64,000 bases of DNA from a virus, in the IMG/VR virus record IMGVR_UViG_3300042563_002443. One strand, written 5' to 3'. The notes beneath the pieces are model-generated. The model saw nothing but the letters and a program-made list of their open reading frames with translations, did no database searches and had not been told where the DNA came from. The translations under genes were made by a program, and so were the position numbers. This document shows, piece by piece, positions 27,575 to 37,308 of this stretch (position 1 is its first letter; each line of letters begins with the position of its first letter).

Positions 27575-29431
27575 ATGGACATTTCAAACAAAATTTTAAG
27601 TGAAATTACGGTATACATGAAGTATGCAAAATATCTTCCAAACCTCAATAGAAGAGAATCTTGGGAAGAACTAGTTACAAGAAACAAACAAATGCATATT
27701 AAAAAATATCCGGCGTTAGTTGATGAAATCAATGCCGCATATGAATTTGTATATGCAAAAAAAGTATTGCCATCAATGCGTAGTTTGCAATTTGGTGGGA
27801 AATCAATTGATATATCACCCAACCGAATTTACAATTGTGCATATTTGCCAATTGATGACCACCGTGCATTTGGAGAAGCAATGTTTCTTTTATTAGGAGG
27901 CACGGGTGTTGGATATTCGGTTCAAAAACATCATGTAGAATTATTACCAGAAATACATAAACCAAATCCAAAAAAGATGCGTCGTTATTTGATTGCAGAT
28001 TCAATTGAAGGATGGGCCGATGCAGTTAAGATGCTTGTTAAATCATATTTTGTTGGCGGATCATCTTACAATTTTGATTTTTCAGATATTCGTGCCAAAG
28101 GTGCAAGACTTGTTACTTCAGGAGGAAAGGCTCCAGGACCTCAACCATTAAAAGAATGTTTGATGAAACTGCAAGGAATTTTAGATACAAAAGAAGATGG
28201 CGACAAATTATCTCCAATTGAAGTTCATGATATGGTTTGCCATGTTGCAGATGCAGTATTAGCAGGTGGTATTCGTAGAGCAGCACTTATAGCATTATTT
28301 TCAGCAGATGATGAAGAAATGATTGCATGCAAATCAGGTAATTGGTGGGAAATCAATCCACAAAGAGGTCGTGCTAATAATTCAGCTACATTAATGAGAC
28401 ACAAATTAACAAAAGAATTCTTTATGGATCTTTGGAAGCGTGTTGAATTATCTGGAGCAGGAGAACCTGGTATATATCTTACAAATGATAAAGATTGGGG
28501 AACTAACCCATGTTGTGAAATTGCATTACGTCCATTTCAATTCTGTAACTTGTGTGAAGTAAATGCATCTGACATTGATTCTCAAGAAGATTTTGAAAAT
28601 CGAGTTAGAGCAGCAGCATTTATTGGAACATTGCAAGCAGGATATACCAACTTTCATTACCTACGTCCAATTTGGCAACGTACAACTGAAAAAGATGCAC
28701 TTATTGGAGTATCAATGACAGGCATTGGATCTGGAACAGTATTGGGATATGACATGAAAGCTGCAGCAAAAACGGTTAAAACGGAAAATGAAAGAGTTGC
28801 TGCACTTATTGGTATTAATCGATCCGCACGAACAACCACAGTAAAGCCTGCAGGAACAACATCATTAACATTAGGCACAAGTTCAGGAATACATGCTTGG
28901 CACAATGATTATTATATTCGTAGAATCCGTGTTGGAAAAAATGAAGCAATTTACACGTATTTAGCAAAAAATCATCCCGAGCTAATTGAAGATGAATATT
29001 TCCGTCCACACGACACGGCAGTAATTTCTATACCACAACAGGCACCAGAAGGAGCAATTATGAGATTCGAGTCACCATTTCAATTATTAGATCGAATCAA
29101 AAAAGTTCATTTAGAATGGGTGAAGCCAGGTCATAGATCAGGAAACAATACACACAATGTATCGGCAACAGTTTCATTGAAAGATGATGAATGGGAATTA
29201 GCAGGTGATTGGATGTGGAACAATAGAGATCATTATAACGGCCTATCAGTTTTACCATATAATGGCGGAACCTATATTCAAGCCCCATTTGAAGATTGCA
29301 CCAAAGAAACATATGAATCAATGATGAAATCTTTGAAGGGTATTGATTTGAGTCAAGTAATTGAATTGGATGATAATACAGACCTATCAGGCGAATTGGC
29401 TTGTGCAGGCGGAGCGTGTGAGATTAAATAA
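27575..29431 (+). CDS. nrdJ: Class II (adenosylcobalamin-dependent) ribonucleotide reductase
   Basis: LPSMRSLQFGG, IYNCAY, GGIRRAALI, GEPG, TNPCCEI, TTVKPAGT, C-terminal ELACAGGACEI; no beta subunit nearby. Confidence 0.88.
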   Translation: MDISNKILSEITVYMKYAKYLPNLNRRESWEELVTRNKQMHIKKYPALVDEINAAYEFVYAKKVLPSMRSLQFGGKSIDISPNRIYNCAYLPIDDHRAFGEAMFLLLGGTGVGYSVQKHHVELLPEIHKPNPKKMRRYLIADSIEGWADAVKMLVKSYFVGGSSYNFDFSDIRAKGARLVTSGGKAPGPQPLKECLMKLQGILDTKEDGDKLSPIEVHDMVCHVADAVLAGGIRRAALIALFSADDEEMIACKSGNWWEINPQRGRANNSATLMRHKLTKEFFMDLWKRVELSGAGEPGIYLTNDKDWGTNPCCEIALRPFQFCNLCEVNASDIDSQEDFENRVRAAAFIGTLQAGYTNFHYLRPIWQRTTEKDALIGVSMTGIGSGTVLGYDMKAAAKTVKTENERVAALIGINRSARTTTVKPAGTTSLTLGTSSGIHAWHNDYYIRRIRVGKNEAIYTYLAKNHPELIEDEYFRPHDTAVISIPQQAPEGAIMRFESPFQLLDRIKKVHLEWVKPGHRSGNNTHNVSATVSLKDDEWELAGDWMWNNRDHYNGLSVLPYNGGTYIQAPFEDCTKETYESMMKSLKGIDLSQVIELDDNTDLSGELACAGGACEIK

Positions 29432-29652
29432 TGATACAACCAGCATCAAAAGATTGGATACAACAAACCTTTGTAAGGGAGTTTGGAAACAAGCTCCTGG
29501 CTACGGACTTTTACTATAATGAAGACGGATATCGTGTAATGACTGAATCATATCATGTACGACGCGGATCATGTTGTGGTAATGGTTGTTTGCATTGTCC
29601 ATACACGCCAAAACATGAGACCAATAATACCAAGTTGAATAATATTTATTAA
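29431..29652 (+). CDS. Small Cys-rich protein (DUF5522-like)
   Basis: YHVRRGSCCGNGCLHCPY. Confidence 0.75.
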   Translation: MIQPASKDWIQQTFVREFGNKLLATDFYYNEDGYRVMTESYHVRRGSCCGNGCLHCPYTPKHETNNTKLNNIY

Positions 29653-29653
29653 T

Positions 29654-30334
29654 ATGATTAAACTAAAAAATTTATTATTAGAAGTACATATTGATAACAA
29701 ATTCCAACGTGAATTAATTGATAGGATAAATGATGAGTATAGGGAAGATTACAAATCATTAACACCACAAGAAATTAACGATGGTTATTGTGATATGTGG
29801 GCTTCATTGTTTGTGGATCGTTTTGGCGGAGATCATCAATGGTCTTTTGATTTTCCAAATGATCCAAATGGACATTCGTGGGTAAAATTAAATAATAAAT
29901 TTTATGATGCTGAAATGACTACGGGTACAACAAAATTAATAAATTTGCCGCATTTTCAACGAGCTATAAAAAAATATGGCACTGATTGGTTAGATACTAA
30001 ATTCTTTAATAATATTCAAAAAACAAAATATGATGCATCAAATATCAATAAAATTGAGGAAATAGGACCTCAAAATTTTATTGAGATGTATTTGGATTGG
30101 CTAGAAGAGTTATTAAATGATTTAGAAGATTCTAATGATATTGAAGCCATTAAACGGTACGATACAGTATTAAATGCTAGGTTTGCATTAGAAGATGCTG
30201 ATTCTACGGAAATTATACAATATCTACAACGAAAATATGGCAATGATGTCGATCAGATAATATTAAAAATAATCGGCGATACAACAAAATATGATGCATC
30301 AGGCATTGATACACCTGGCAATCCTAACATGTAA
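29654..30334 (+). CDS. Leader-family protein (MIKLKNLLLE) with a putative transglutaminase/papain-like Cys-His-Asp domain
   Basis: INDGYCDMWA...GHSWVKLNNKFYDAE; ATATTTATT at 29642. Confidence 0.6.
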   Translation: MIKLKNLLLEVHIDNKFQRELIDRINDEYREDYKSLTPQEINDGYCDMWASLFVDRFGGDHQWSFDFPNDPNGHSWVKLNNKFYDAEMTTGTTKLINLPHFQRAIKKYGTDWLDTKFFNNIQKTKYDASNINKIEEIGPQNFIEMYLDWLEELLNDLEDSNDIEAIKRYDTVLNARFALEDADSTEIIQYLQRKYGNDVDQIILKIIGDTTKYDASGIDTPGNPNM

Positions 30335-30395
30335 TAAGTTTGCATAAAACTTTGAAATTCCAATAAAATATATTATATTAATATAAGAACAAGTT

Positions 30396-31085
30396 ATGAC
30401 AAGAAAACATCTAGAAACAGTTGCCCCTGGATATGCGAACGGTATATCATTGCAATTAGCAGTAAAGCAAACTTTAGAAGGTCCTGACGCTCAATTAACT
30501 CAGCAAGAAAAACAACAAATAATTGATAACGCTGCATATCATTACGGTTTATTTTTAACGGCACTAGGAGTATCTTGGGAATCAGATCCAAATTCATCTA
30601 ATACTCCTAATCGAGTTGCAAAAGCATATGTAAACGATTTATGGAAAGGCAGATATGAACCAATGTCAGACATTACTTCATTTCCAAGTGATGGGTATGA
30701 CGGAATTGTATTCGAAGGCGGTATTCCATTAACATCAATGTGTAGCCATCATCACCAAACCATTTCCGGAAAAGTTCATGTTGCATATATTCCAGCAGAA
30801 AATGGAAATGTAGTTGGATTAAGTAAAATTAATCGAGTAGTAGAACATTTCGGCAGACGCGGAGCTATACAAGAACAATTAACTGTAGCAATACAACATG
30901 CAATTGATGAACTTATAGAAGATAACAAAGGTGTTGCTGTAATGATTGAAGCAACTCATAATTGTGTATCTTGTAGGGGAGTAAAACATATAGGCGCTTC
31001 AATGAAGACCGCAAAATTATCCGGAGCCTTTTTAGATGATGGAAATGCTAGGTCTGAATTTTATCAATTTGTAAAAGGTTATTAA
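30396..31085 (+). CDS. folE: GTP cyclohydrolase I
   Basis: TPNRVAK, SMCSHHHQ, GLSKINR, IQEQLT, EATHNCVSCRGV. Confidence 0.95.
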   Translation: MTRKHLETVAPGYANGISLQLAVKQTLEGPDAQLTQQEKQQIIDNAAYHYGLFLTALGVSWESDPNSSNTPNRVAKAYVNDLWKGRYEPMSDITSFPSDGYDGIVFEGGIPLTSMCSHHHQTISGKVHVAYIPAENGNVVGLSKINRVVEHFGRRGAIQEQLTVAIQHAIDELIEDNKGVAVMIEATHNCVSCRGVKHIGASMKTAKLSGAFLDDGNARSEFYQFVKGY

Positions 31086-31384
31086 TGAAAAGATTACACG
31101 TAAAATTAATTAAATGGATATCCAATAAATTTGGATACAAGATTGCAATGCTTAAAGCAGCAAACGGAACAACAACTGTTGAAGGAGATATTGAACTATT
31201 AAGATATGTTGATATATCCGGATATTTCTTTAAGAAAAAACCAATTTCTAGAATACAAGCTTCTAGAGCTCCAAGATCAGCCAAAGAAATGTTTTTAGCT
31301 GAACCAGTTCCTAATATTGATAATGTTGAACCGATAGTAAAACTTACATCGAAGCAACTTAAAGATTTACAAATAATAAAATAA
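31085..31384 (+). CDS. Hypothetical protein
   Basis: 99 aa; coupled to folE by a TAATG overlap. Confidence 0.55.
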   Translation: MKRLHVKLIKWISNKFGYKIAMLKAANGTTTVEGDIELLRYVDISGYFFKKKPISRIQASRAPRSAKEMFLAEPVPNIDNVEPIVKLTSKQLKDLQIIK

Positions 31385-31387
31385 ACT

Positions 31388-31852
31388 ATGGCAAAGTATA
31401 ATTCAACAAAATTATTTGATGGTTACTCAACTTGTTTCCGGCAATGGCGAGCAGAGGATACTCATTGCAAATTCTTACATGGATATGCAGTATCTTTTAA
31501 AGTTTGGTTCGAAGGCGAATTAGATCATCGTAATTGGGTATGGGACTTTGGTGGTATGAAGCGATCTAAAACTAAAATTGCTGGAATGTCTCCTATAGAA
31601 TATTTTTCATTTTTGTTAGATCATACTACAGTTGTAGCTATTGATGATCCATATTTAGAGAAATTTCAACAAATGGATGAAGATGGTATCATACAATTAC
31701 GCATACTACCGGCAACAGGATGTGAAAAATTTGCAGAACATTTATATTATATAATCAATGCATTCTTAAAAGAAGAAACACAAAGTAGAGTAAAAGCAAT
31801 AAAAGTAGAAGTTTATGAACACGAACGAAACAGCGCAAGCTACAGTGAATAA
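31388..31852 (+). CDS. queD: 6-carboxy-5,6,7,8-tetrahydropterin synthase
   Basis: HCKFLHGY, WVWDFGG, LDHT, GCEKFAE, EVYEHERNSA; lies between folE and queE. Confidence 0.88.
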   Translation: MAKYNSTKLFDGYSTCFRQWRAEDTHCKFLHGYAVSFKVWFEGELDHRNWVWDFGGMKRSKTKIAGMSPIEYFSFLLDHTTVVAIDDPYLEKFQQMDEDGIIQLRILPATGCEKFAEHLYYIINAFLKEETQSRVKAIKVEVYEHERNSASYSE

Positions 31853-32216
31853 TGATACGTATGTATCACTTTATGAATATTTAGGTAAAGGGTCTCGAGA
31901 CACCGGAGTTGGAAAACTAGTTTCGGCCGAAGCATTAAAACGTGGTATTAAACCTCAAGTTAAATTGCTGCCTAAAGAAATGCAAAGGCCAGAATTTAAT
32001 TCAGTACAAGCATACCCAATGTCATTCTTAGATGAATACTTTGCTAATAATCTAGAACATGATATGACGCCATTTGTACGAAGATCTGCATTAACTATAG
32101 TACAAGCAAGAATTGATACCCTAGAAAAAAATTATGCAGAGTTAATTAAACTACTGCCAAATGCAACAATTGAATTAACAGCAGAAGATACACAAGACGA
32201 CGATTTACCATTTTAA
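31815..32216 (+). CDS. Hypothetical protein (start may be the GTG at 31845)
   Basis: YVSLYEYLGKG...YPMSFLDEYF; acidic C-terminus DDDLPF. Confidence 0.55.
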   Translation: MNTNETAQATVNNDTYVSLYEYLGKGSRDTGVGKLVSAEALKRGIKPQVKLLPKEMQRPEFNSVQAYPMSFLDEYFANNLEHDMTPFVRRSALTIVQARIDTLEKNYAELIKLLPNATIELTAEDTQDDDLPF

Positions 32217-32218
32217 TT

Positions 32219-32992
32219 ATGAATAAAAGAATAGAAGATTACAACAAGACACTACCAATTCTAGAACTATACCGCTGTATACAGAGTGAAGGTTCAAGAT
32301 TTGGACGTCCAACAATCGCAGTAAGAACTACCGGATGTACTCACCGATGCTTTTTTGGTGAAGGAGGGTGGTGCGACAGCTGGTACACAAGTATTCATCC
32401 GGAAAAAGGAACATTTACGTTCCAGGACATTATTAACATTTATGATGAGAACCCACACATTAAAGAAATGATGTTGACGGGTGGATCACCCACAATGCAT
32501 CCAGCATTGGTAAACGAACTAACACACTTTGCACATGAAAGAGATATACTCATTACTATTGAAACTGAAGGTAGCCATTTCGTACCTACCGACTATCCTA
32601 TTGGCCTTATATCTCTCAGTCCAAAGTTTGGTAATTCTGTACCCGTACTTGGTGCTGTTACGCCTCAAGGAGCGATTGTGGATCAAAGAATGATTGATCA
32701 ACATAACAAGTTTAGAATGAAGCTTGCTACAATGAGCCAGATGATTCACTTCCATACAGATTACCATTTTAAACCAGTATGGGACGGAACGGACAAGAAT
32801 CTACAAGAAATTGAAAACATTCGCACTCTACTTAATATCCCAAAAGACAAAACATATATCATGCCCGCAGGAGATACTAGAGAAACTCTTGTAGAGATGT
32901 ATCCACTCGTATTCGATATGTGTGCTGAGAAGGGATATAACATGACCGGCAGAGACCATATAATTGCATTTGACACTAAACGAGGAGTATAA
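32219..32992 (+). CDS. queE: 7-carboxy-7-deazaguanine synthase (radical SAM)
   Basis: IQSEGSRFGRPTIAVRTTGCTHRC...WCDSWYT, LTGGSP, TIETEGS, SLSPK, YIMPAG. Confidence 0.9.
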   Translation: MNKRIEDYNKTLPILELYRCIQSEGSRFGRPTIAVRTTGCTHRCFFGEGGWCDSWYTSIHPEKGTFTFQDIINIYDENPHIKEMMLTGGSPTMHPALVNELTHFAHERDILITIETEGSHFVPTDYPIGLISLSPKFGNSVPVLGAVTPQGAIVDQRMIDQHNKFRMKLATMSQMIHFHTDYHFKPVWDGTDKNLQEIENIRTLLNIPKDKTYIMPAGDTRETLVEMYPLVFDMCAEKGYNMTGRDHIIAFDTKRGV

Positions 32993-33053
32993 TGAACTAC
33001 ACAGTAACAACAACATTTGGAAATAACGTAAAAATTACATATATTATAACAAA

Positions 33054-33305
33054 ATGAAAAAGATACTTTATTTTACAGCAGATTGGTGCGGACCATGCAA
33101 AATGATTAAACCACAGCTTCTAGAAGCTTCTAATCAAATATCAATAACATTTATCGATGTAGATACAAATTCATCAACCGCAGAACGATACAATGTTAAA
33201 AATATACCTTGTGCTATATTAATTGATTTAAATGGCCAAGAAAATGGAAGATTGGTTGGATCAAATATATCTAAACAATCAGTAATAAATTTATATAACA
33301 AATAA
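33054..33305 (+). CDS. Thioredoxin
   Basis: YFTADWCGPCK. Confidence 0.92.
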   Translation: MKKILYFTADWCGPCKMIKPQLLEASNQISITFIDVDTNSSTAERYNVKNIPCAILIDLNGQENGRLVGSNISKQSVINLYNK

Positions 33306-33321
33306 AAAAAAAGAATCAGTT

Positions 33322-33621
33322 ATGAATTGGAAACCAATTGGAGATCAAGTACTCCTAAAACAACTAGAAAAACAAGACAAAACAAAGAGTGGTATCATTA
33401 TAATGAACTCATTGGATGATTATATTGAATGTGATGTTATGGCCGCAGGAGACGGGTTATTTACGCAAACAGGTACAAAAATACCAATGACTGTTAAAGT
33501 TGGAGATCGCATAAAAATCTATTCCGGAAATTTAGGAGCACAAAAGAAAGTGCAAGTAGAAAATAACGATTTTATTTTGGTTCGAGAACATGAAATTGCT
33601 ATGATAAATACAAAACCATGA
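33322..33621 (+). CDS. groES: Co-chaperonin GroES-like protein
   Basis: KPIGDQVLLK...KTKSGII...AAGDG...PMTVKVGDRI...LVREHEI. Confidence 0.9.
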   Translation: MNWKPIGDQVLLKQLEKQDKTKSGIIIMNSLDDYIECDVMAAGDGLFTQTGTKIPMTVKVGDRIKIYSGNLGAQKKVQVENNDFILVREHEIAMINTKP

Positions 33622-33854
33622 TTGAAATCTTAGGGTGGCTTAGTACAACCTTAGTTTTAGCTGGATATGTATCAAATGCTAGAGGGTGGACTAAGACAGC
33701 CATGATTACCTGGATTATAGGAGATACTGGATGGATTACGTATGACTTTTTTATTGATAATTTTAGTCATCTTGTATTAAGTTTAGTTATTATAGCAATT
33801 AATGTTTACGGAATTTATAGATTATGGAAAAACTTATCAGTCAAGAAAAAATAG
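33618..33854 (+). CDS. Small three-TM membrane protein
   Basis: EILGWLSTTLVLAGY...WIIGDTGWITY...LSLVIIAINVYGIYRLWK; resembles short PnuC/YgjV-like proteins. Confidence 0.6.
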   Translation: MIEILGWLSTTLVLAGYVSNARGWTKTAMITWIIGDTGWITYDFFIDNFSHLVLSLVIIAINVYGIYRLWKNLSVKKK

Positions 33855-34330
33855 CACACCGAGTAAAACGGTTAGCAAAAGAAATTTCAAAAGATCATAT
33901 ACAAAGCGGTAACACGTTGCCACCAATAATGATTTGCATATTAAATGGTTCTATACATTTCTTTTCAGATTTAATTAGGGCAATGAAAATTGATTGTGAA
34001 ATTGATTTCATTCGATTAAAATCGTACAAAGGACAAGATAATTCAGGCGGTATACAAGTCCTTAAAGGATTGGAATTAGAATTAAAAGGTCGTCGAGCAT
34101 ATATTGTTGATGACATTTGCGATTCTGGCAGCACACTATTAGAAGCACTGTTTATGTGCAATAGTAAATTAGTACAAGAAGTTAGAGTTGTTACATTGTT
34201 GAAACGCAAAGATGGTGTCGATATGACTGATTTTTGCGGATTTACTATCGACAAAGAATGGGTTGTGGGCTATGGGCTTGACAATAATGGAACACAACGA
34301 GAATTACCACACATATATAAATTAAATTAA
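33824..34330 (+). CDS. hpt: Hypoxanthine/guanine phosphoribosyltransferase
   Basis: ILNGSIHFFSDL, IVDDICDSGSTL PRPP-binding loop, WVVGYGLD. Confidence 0.88.
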   Translation: MEKLISQEKIAHRVKRLAKEISKDHIQSGNTLPPIMICILNGSIHFFSDLIRAMKIDCEIDFIRLKSYKGQDNSGGIQVLKGLELELKGRRAYIVDDICDSGSTLLEALFMCNSKLVQEVRVVTLLKRKDGVDMTDFCGFTIDKEWVVGYGLDNNGTQRELPHIYKLN

Positions 34331-36849
34331 TGTATAAAGCAATCGGTTATGATAAAAAAGCGGGCATCATGCACGTTTGGGATGATGAATTAGGACATCG
34401 CAAATTTCCTTTTCAGGCATATGGATATTTACCAAATCCAAATGGAACATATCAAGCACTTGACGGAACACGATTGAATCAAGTACCTGGCAATCATCGA
34501 GATAATCCTAAATCATATGAATCTGACTTAAATGAAGAAGTTAGAACATTGATTGATTTATATTATGAATCAGATGAGCCGTCTAAAGGACATAAAGATT
34601 TCTTTTTTGATATTGAAACTGCAAAAGATGAAAATGGCTTCAGCACAATACAAGATGTTCGCACCGCAATTACTTCGATTGCATATTATGATAAAGCAGG
34701 AAAAGATCGAAGAGTATTGATCTTAGACGAACAAGGTCGCATCAAAGAACGTGAAATACAAGGCGAAGGATATGCAATAGAAATATTCCGCAATGAAAAA
34801 GATCTATTAACTAGATTTATCAACATATTTGCACAAATACAACCAACAGTTATAACCGGGTGGAATACAGACGGATATGATGTTCCTTATTTGTTAGGCC
34901 GATGCAAAAAAGTATTGGGTGCACAAGCAATCAAGAAATTTTCTCCTGCCGGCATAGTAGAACAAGGCAGAACCGGTAAATGGAAGATACTTGGAGTTTC
35001 TAGTTTAGATTACATTAAATTGTATAAAAACTTTACATATACCGAACTACCTAATTATCGATTAGACACAGTTGCTAAAAAAGAATTGGATCGAGGTAAA
35101 GTTGAATATGATGGAGACTTGGATACATTGTTTACCCAAGATATTCATAAATTTGCATATTATAATATGACGGATGTTGATCTTGTTTATGAAATGGATG
35201 AAAAGCTTCAACTTTTAAATTTAGCAAGATCGATTTGTCACAAAGGGCATGTTCCATATGAAGATGTATATTATGCATCCAAATATTTGGATGGTGCTGC
35301 CATTGTTGATTTAAAACGCAATGGATTTGTTGCACCGAACAAGCAATTTAGATTTATTGAAGAAGAAACAATGGCAGATGCATTAGCTGGTGCATATGTA
35401 ATGGCACCTGTACCTGGCCTGTATAAATGGATATATGACTTAGATTTAACTTCATTGTATCCAAGCATCATTATGACTGCAAATATATCTCCAGAAACTA
35501 AAGTAGGAGTTGTAGAAAATTGGAATCAAGAATGCATGTTAAACTCAGATTCAATGCCGGCTACAATAACATTGGCTTCTGGTAAAACACAACAAGTTGA
35601 TAATGTTAAAACATGGTTGGCACAACACAATTATAGTATTGCTAGCAACGGCGCTACATATAACAATGAACAACGAGGGTTTCTTCCAACTATTCTAGAA
35701 AAATGGTTTAATGAACGTGTTATCTTTAAAGATAAGCGTGACACATTTAAATTTGGTACAGAAGAATATAAATTTTATGATGCATTGCAATTAACACAAA
35801 AAGTATTGCTTAATTCATTTTATGGAGTTTTAGGACTTAAAACATTTCGTTTCTATGATTTAGATAATGCCGGAGCTATTACAGCAGTAGGTCAAAGTGT
35901 AATAAAATTTTCAGCTAAGGTTATTAATAACTATTACAAAAAAGAATTGGGAGTTGACCACTTTATTAATGATAGCGGAGACAAAGCAGAATTTGCATTT
36001 TACACTGATACGGATTCAACCTTTTGTAGCAGTTTGCCATTAATTGAACACCGATTTCCTGGATGTGACACTAACGATGAAACATTCATGATTGAACAAA
36101 CTAATGCAATTGCATCTGAAATACAAACAACGGTTAATACAATGTATGACCAATATGCAAAAGTATTCCATAATACAACCGCACATCGATTCCAAATTAA
36201 ACAAGAATATATTGCAAAATCCGGTTTATGGATTGCCAAAAAAAGATATGCCCAATGGGTTATATTCAAAGAAGGCAAATCTACGGATAAATTGGATGTA
36301 AAAGGATTAGATGTTGTTAGATCCAGTTTCCCGGAAGATTTCAAAAAGATAATGAAAGAAACATTGTGGTATATCCTTAAAGGAAGAAACAAGCAAGATA
36401 CTTCAACATTGATACATAACTTTAAAAATAACATTAAAAGTTCCAAAGTATTGAATGTAATGAAGAATTCAAGTGTTAAAGAATTATCTAAATATATCAA
36501 AAAACGTAAACCGTTTACCGGTTATATAAAAGGATCGACAGCACACGTAAAAGCCGCAATTAATTTTAATGATTTATTGAGTACATTAACTACGGATATA
36601 TTACCTATATCAGACGGCGAAAAAGTAAAGTGGGGCTATTTAGTAGGCAATCCGTACGGGTTTGAAACTATTGCATTACGAGGTTATTTAGATCCACCCG
36701 AAATAGTTGCATTTGCAGAACAATACATTGATCACAATAAAATGTTCACGGCAGACCTAAGCAACAAATTCAATGATTTCTATGCAGCAATGAGTTGGGG
36801 TGCATTACCAGAAAATAACAATGCAAAAAAGTTTTTTAACTTTGGATAA
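34330..36849 (+). CDS. Family B DNA polymerase with 3'-5' exonuclease
   Basis: FFDIET, TGWNTDGYDVPY, YNMTDV; DLDLTSLYPSII, KVLLNSFYG, YTDTDS, KKRYA, KGLDVVRS. Confidence 0.95.
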   Translation: MYKAIGYDKKAGIMHVWDDELGHRKFPFQAYGYLPNPNGTYQALDGTRLNQVPGNHRDNPKSYESDLNEEVRTLIDLYYESDEPSKGHKDFFFDIETAKDENGFSTIQDVRTAITSIAYYDKAGKDRRVLILDEQGRIKEREIQGEGYAIEIFRNEKDLLTRFINIFAQIQPTVITGWNTDGYDVPYLLGRCKKVLGAQAIKKFSPAGIVEQGRTGKWKILGVSSLDYIKLYKNFTYTELPNYRLDTVAKKELDRGKVEYDGDLDTLFTQDIHKFAYYNMTDVDLVYEMDEKLQLLNLARSICHKGHVPYEDVYYASKYLDGAAIVDLKRNGFVAPNKQFRFIEEETMADALAGAYVMAPVPGLYKWIYDLDLTSLYPSIIMTANISPETKVGVVENWNQECMLNSDSMPATITLASGKTQQVDNVKTWLAQHNYSIASNGATYNNEQRGFLPTILEKWFNERVIFKDKRDTFKFGTEEYKFYDALQLTQKVLLNSFYGVLGLKTFRFYDLDNAGAITAVGQSVIKFSAKVINNYYKKELGVDHFINDSGDKAEFAFYTDTDSTFCSSLPLIEHRFPGCDTNDETFMIEQTNAIASEIQTTVNTMYDQYAKVFHNTTAHRFQIKQEYIAKSGLWIAKKRYAQWVIFKEGKSTDKLDVKGLDVVRSSFPEDFKKIMKETLWYILKGRNKQDTSTLIHNFKNNIKSSKVLNVMKNSSVKELSKYIKKRKPFTGYIKGSTAHVKAAINFNDLLSTLTTDILPISDGEKVKWGYLVGNPYGFETIALRGYLDPPEIVAFAEQYIDHNKMFTADLSNKFNDFYAAMSWGALPENNNAKKFFNFG

Positions 36850-36897
36850 CAAATTGTTTTTTTTTTGTGTTATATTTATATGTAAATAAGGAAAATT

Positions 36898-37188
36898 ATG
36901 ATAAAATTAAAAACCGTACTTGCAGAAAATATGCGCCGATTTGGTACGAAAAACTTAAACGAAGGAATGTTCAGTAATTTTTTACAAAGTATATTAGGAA
37001 AAACTGATGCGATGGTTGATTTTCTTACTATTTTAGAATTTGCAAGAAAAGATAAAGACGGAGAAAACGCCGATGAAGCGGTTCAGTATTTAATGGATAA
37101 ACATAATGTATCTGCAGATGAAGCGTTAAAAACTGTTACCCATGTTTATGAAAAATTTGGTCCATGGATCGAATTAACTAGAAAATAA
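36898..37188 (+). CDS. Leader-family protein (MIKLKTVLAENMRRFGTKNLNE), small helical payload
   Basis: ATATTTATA at 36872; 43 bp identical to the 43873 gene. Confidence 0.7.
   Translation: MIKLKTVLAENMRRFGTKNLNEGMFSNFLQSILGKTDAMVDFLTILEFARKDKDGENADEAVQYLMDKHNVSADEALKTVTHVYEKFGPWIELTRK
36922..36964 (+). repeat. 43-bp exact dispersed repeat, copy 1 (copy 2 at 43891-43933), encoding AENMRRFGTKNLNE
   Basis: gcagaaaatatgcgccgatttggtacgaaaaacttaaacgaag at both sites. Confidence 0.92.
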
Positions 37189-37230
37189 ATAATTATTTAT
37201 ATGTAAGATAAAGAACCAAAATGACAAATT

Positions 37231-37261
37231 AAAGTACTAGCAGCAATGTTAGTACTTTTTT
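37231..37261 (+). terminator. Rho-independent terminator
   Basis: AAAGTACTAGCA-GCAA-TGTTAGTACTTT followed by a T-tract. Confidence 0.85.
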
Positions 37262-37308
37262 ACTGTTATAAAGGTTGGATAATATAAATACATTTATTAT
37301 AATATAGT

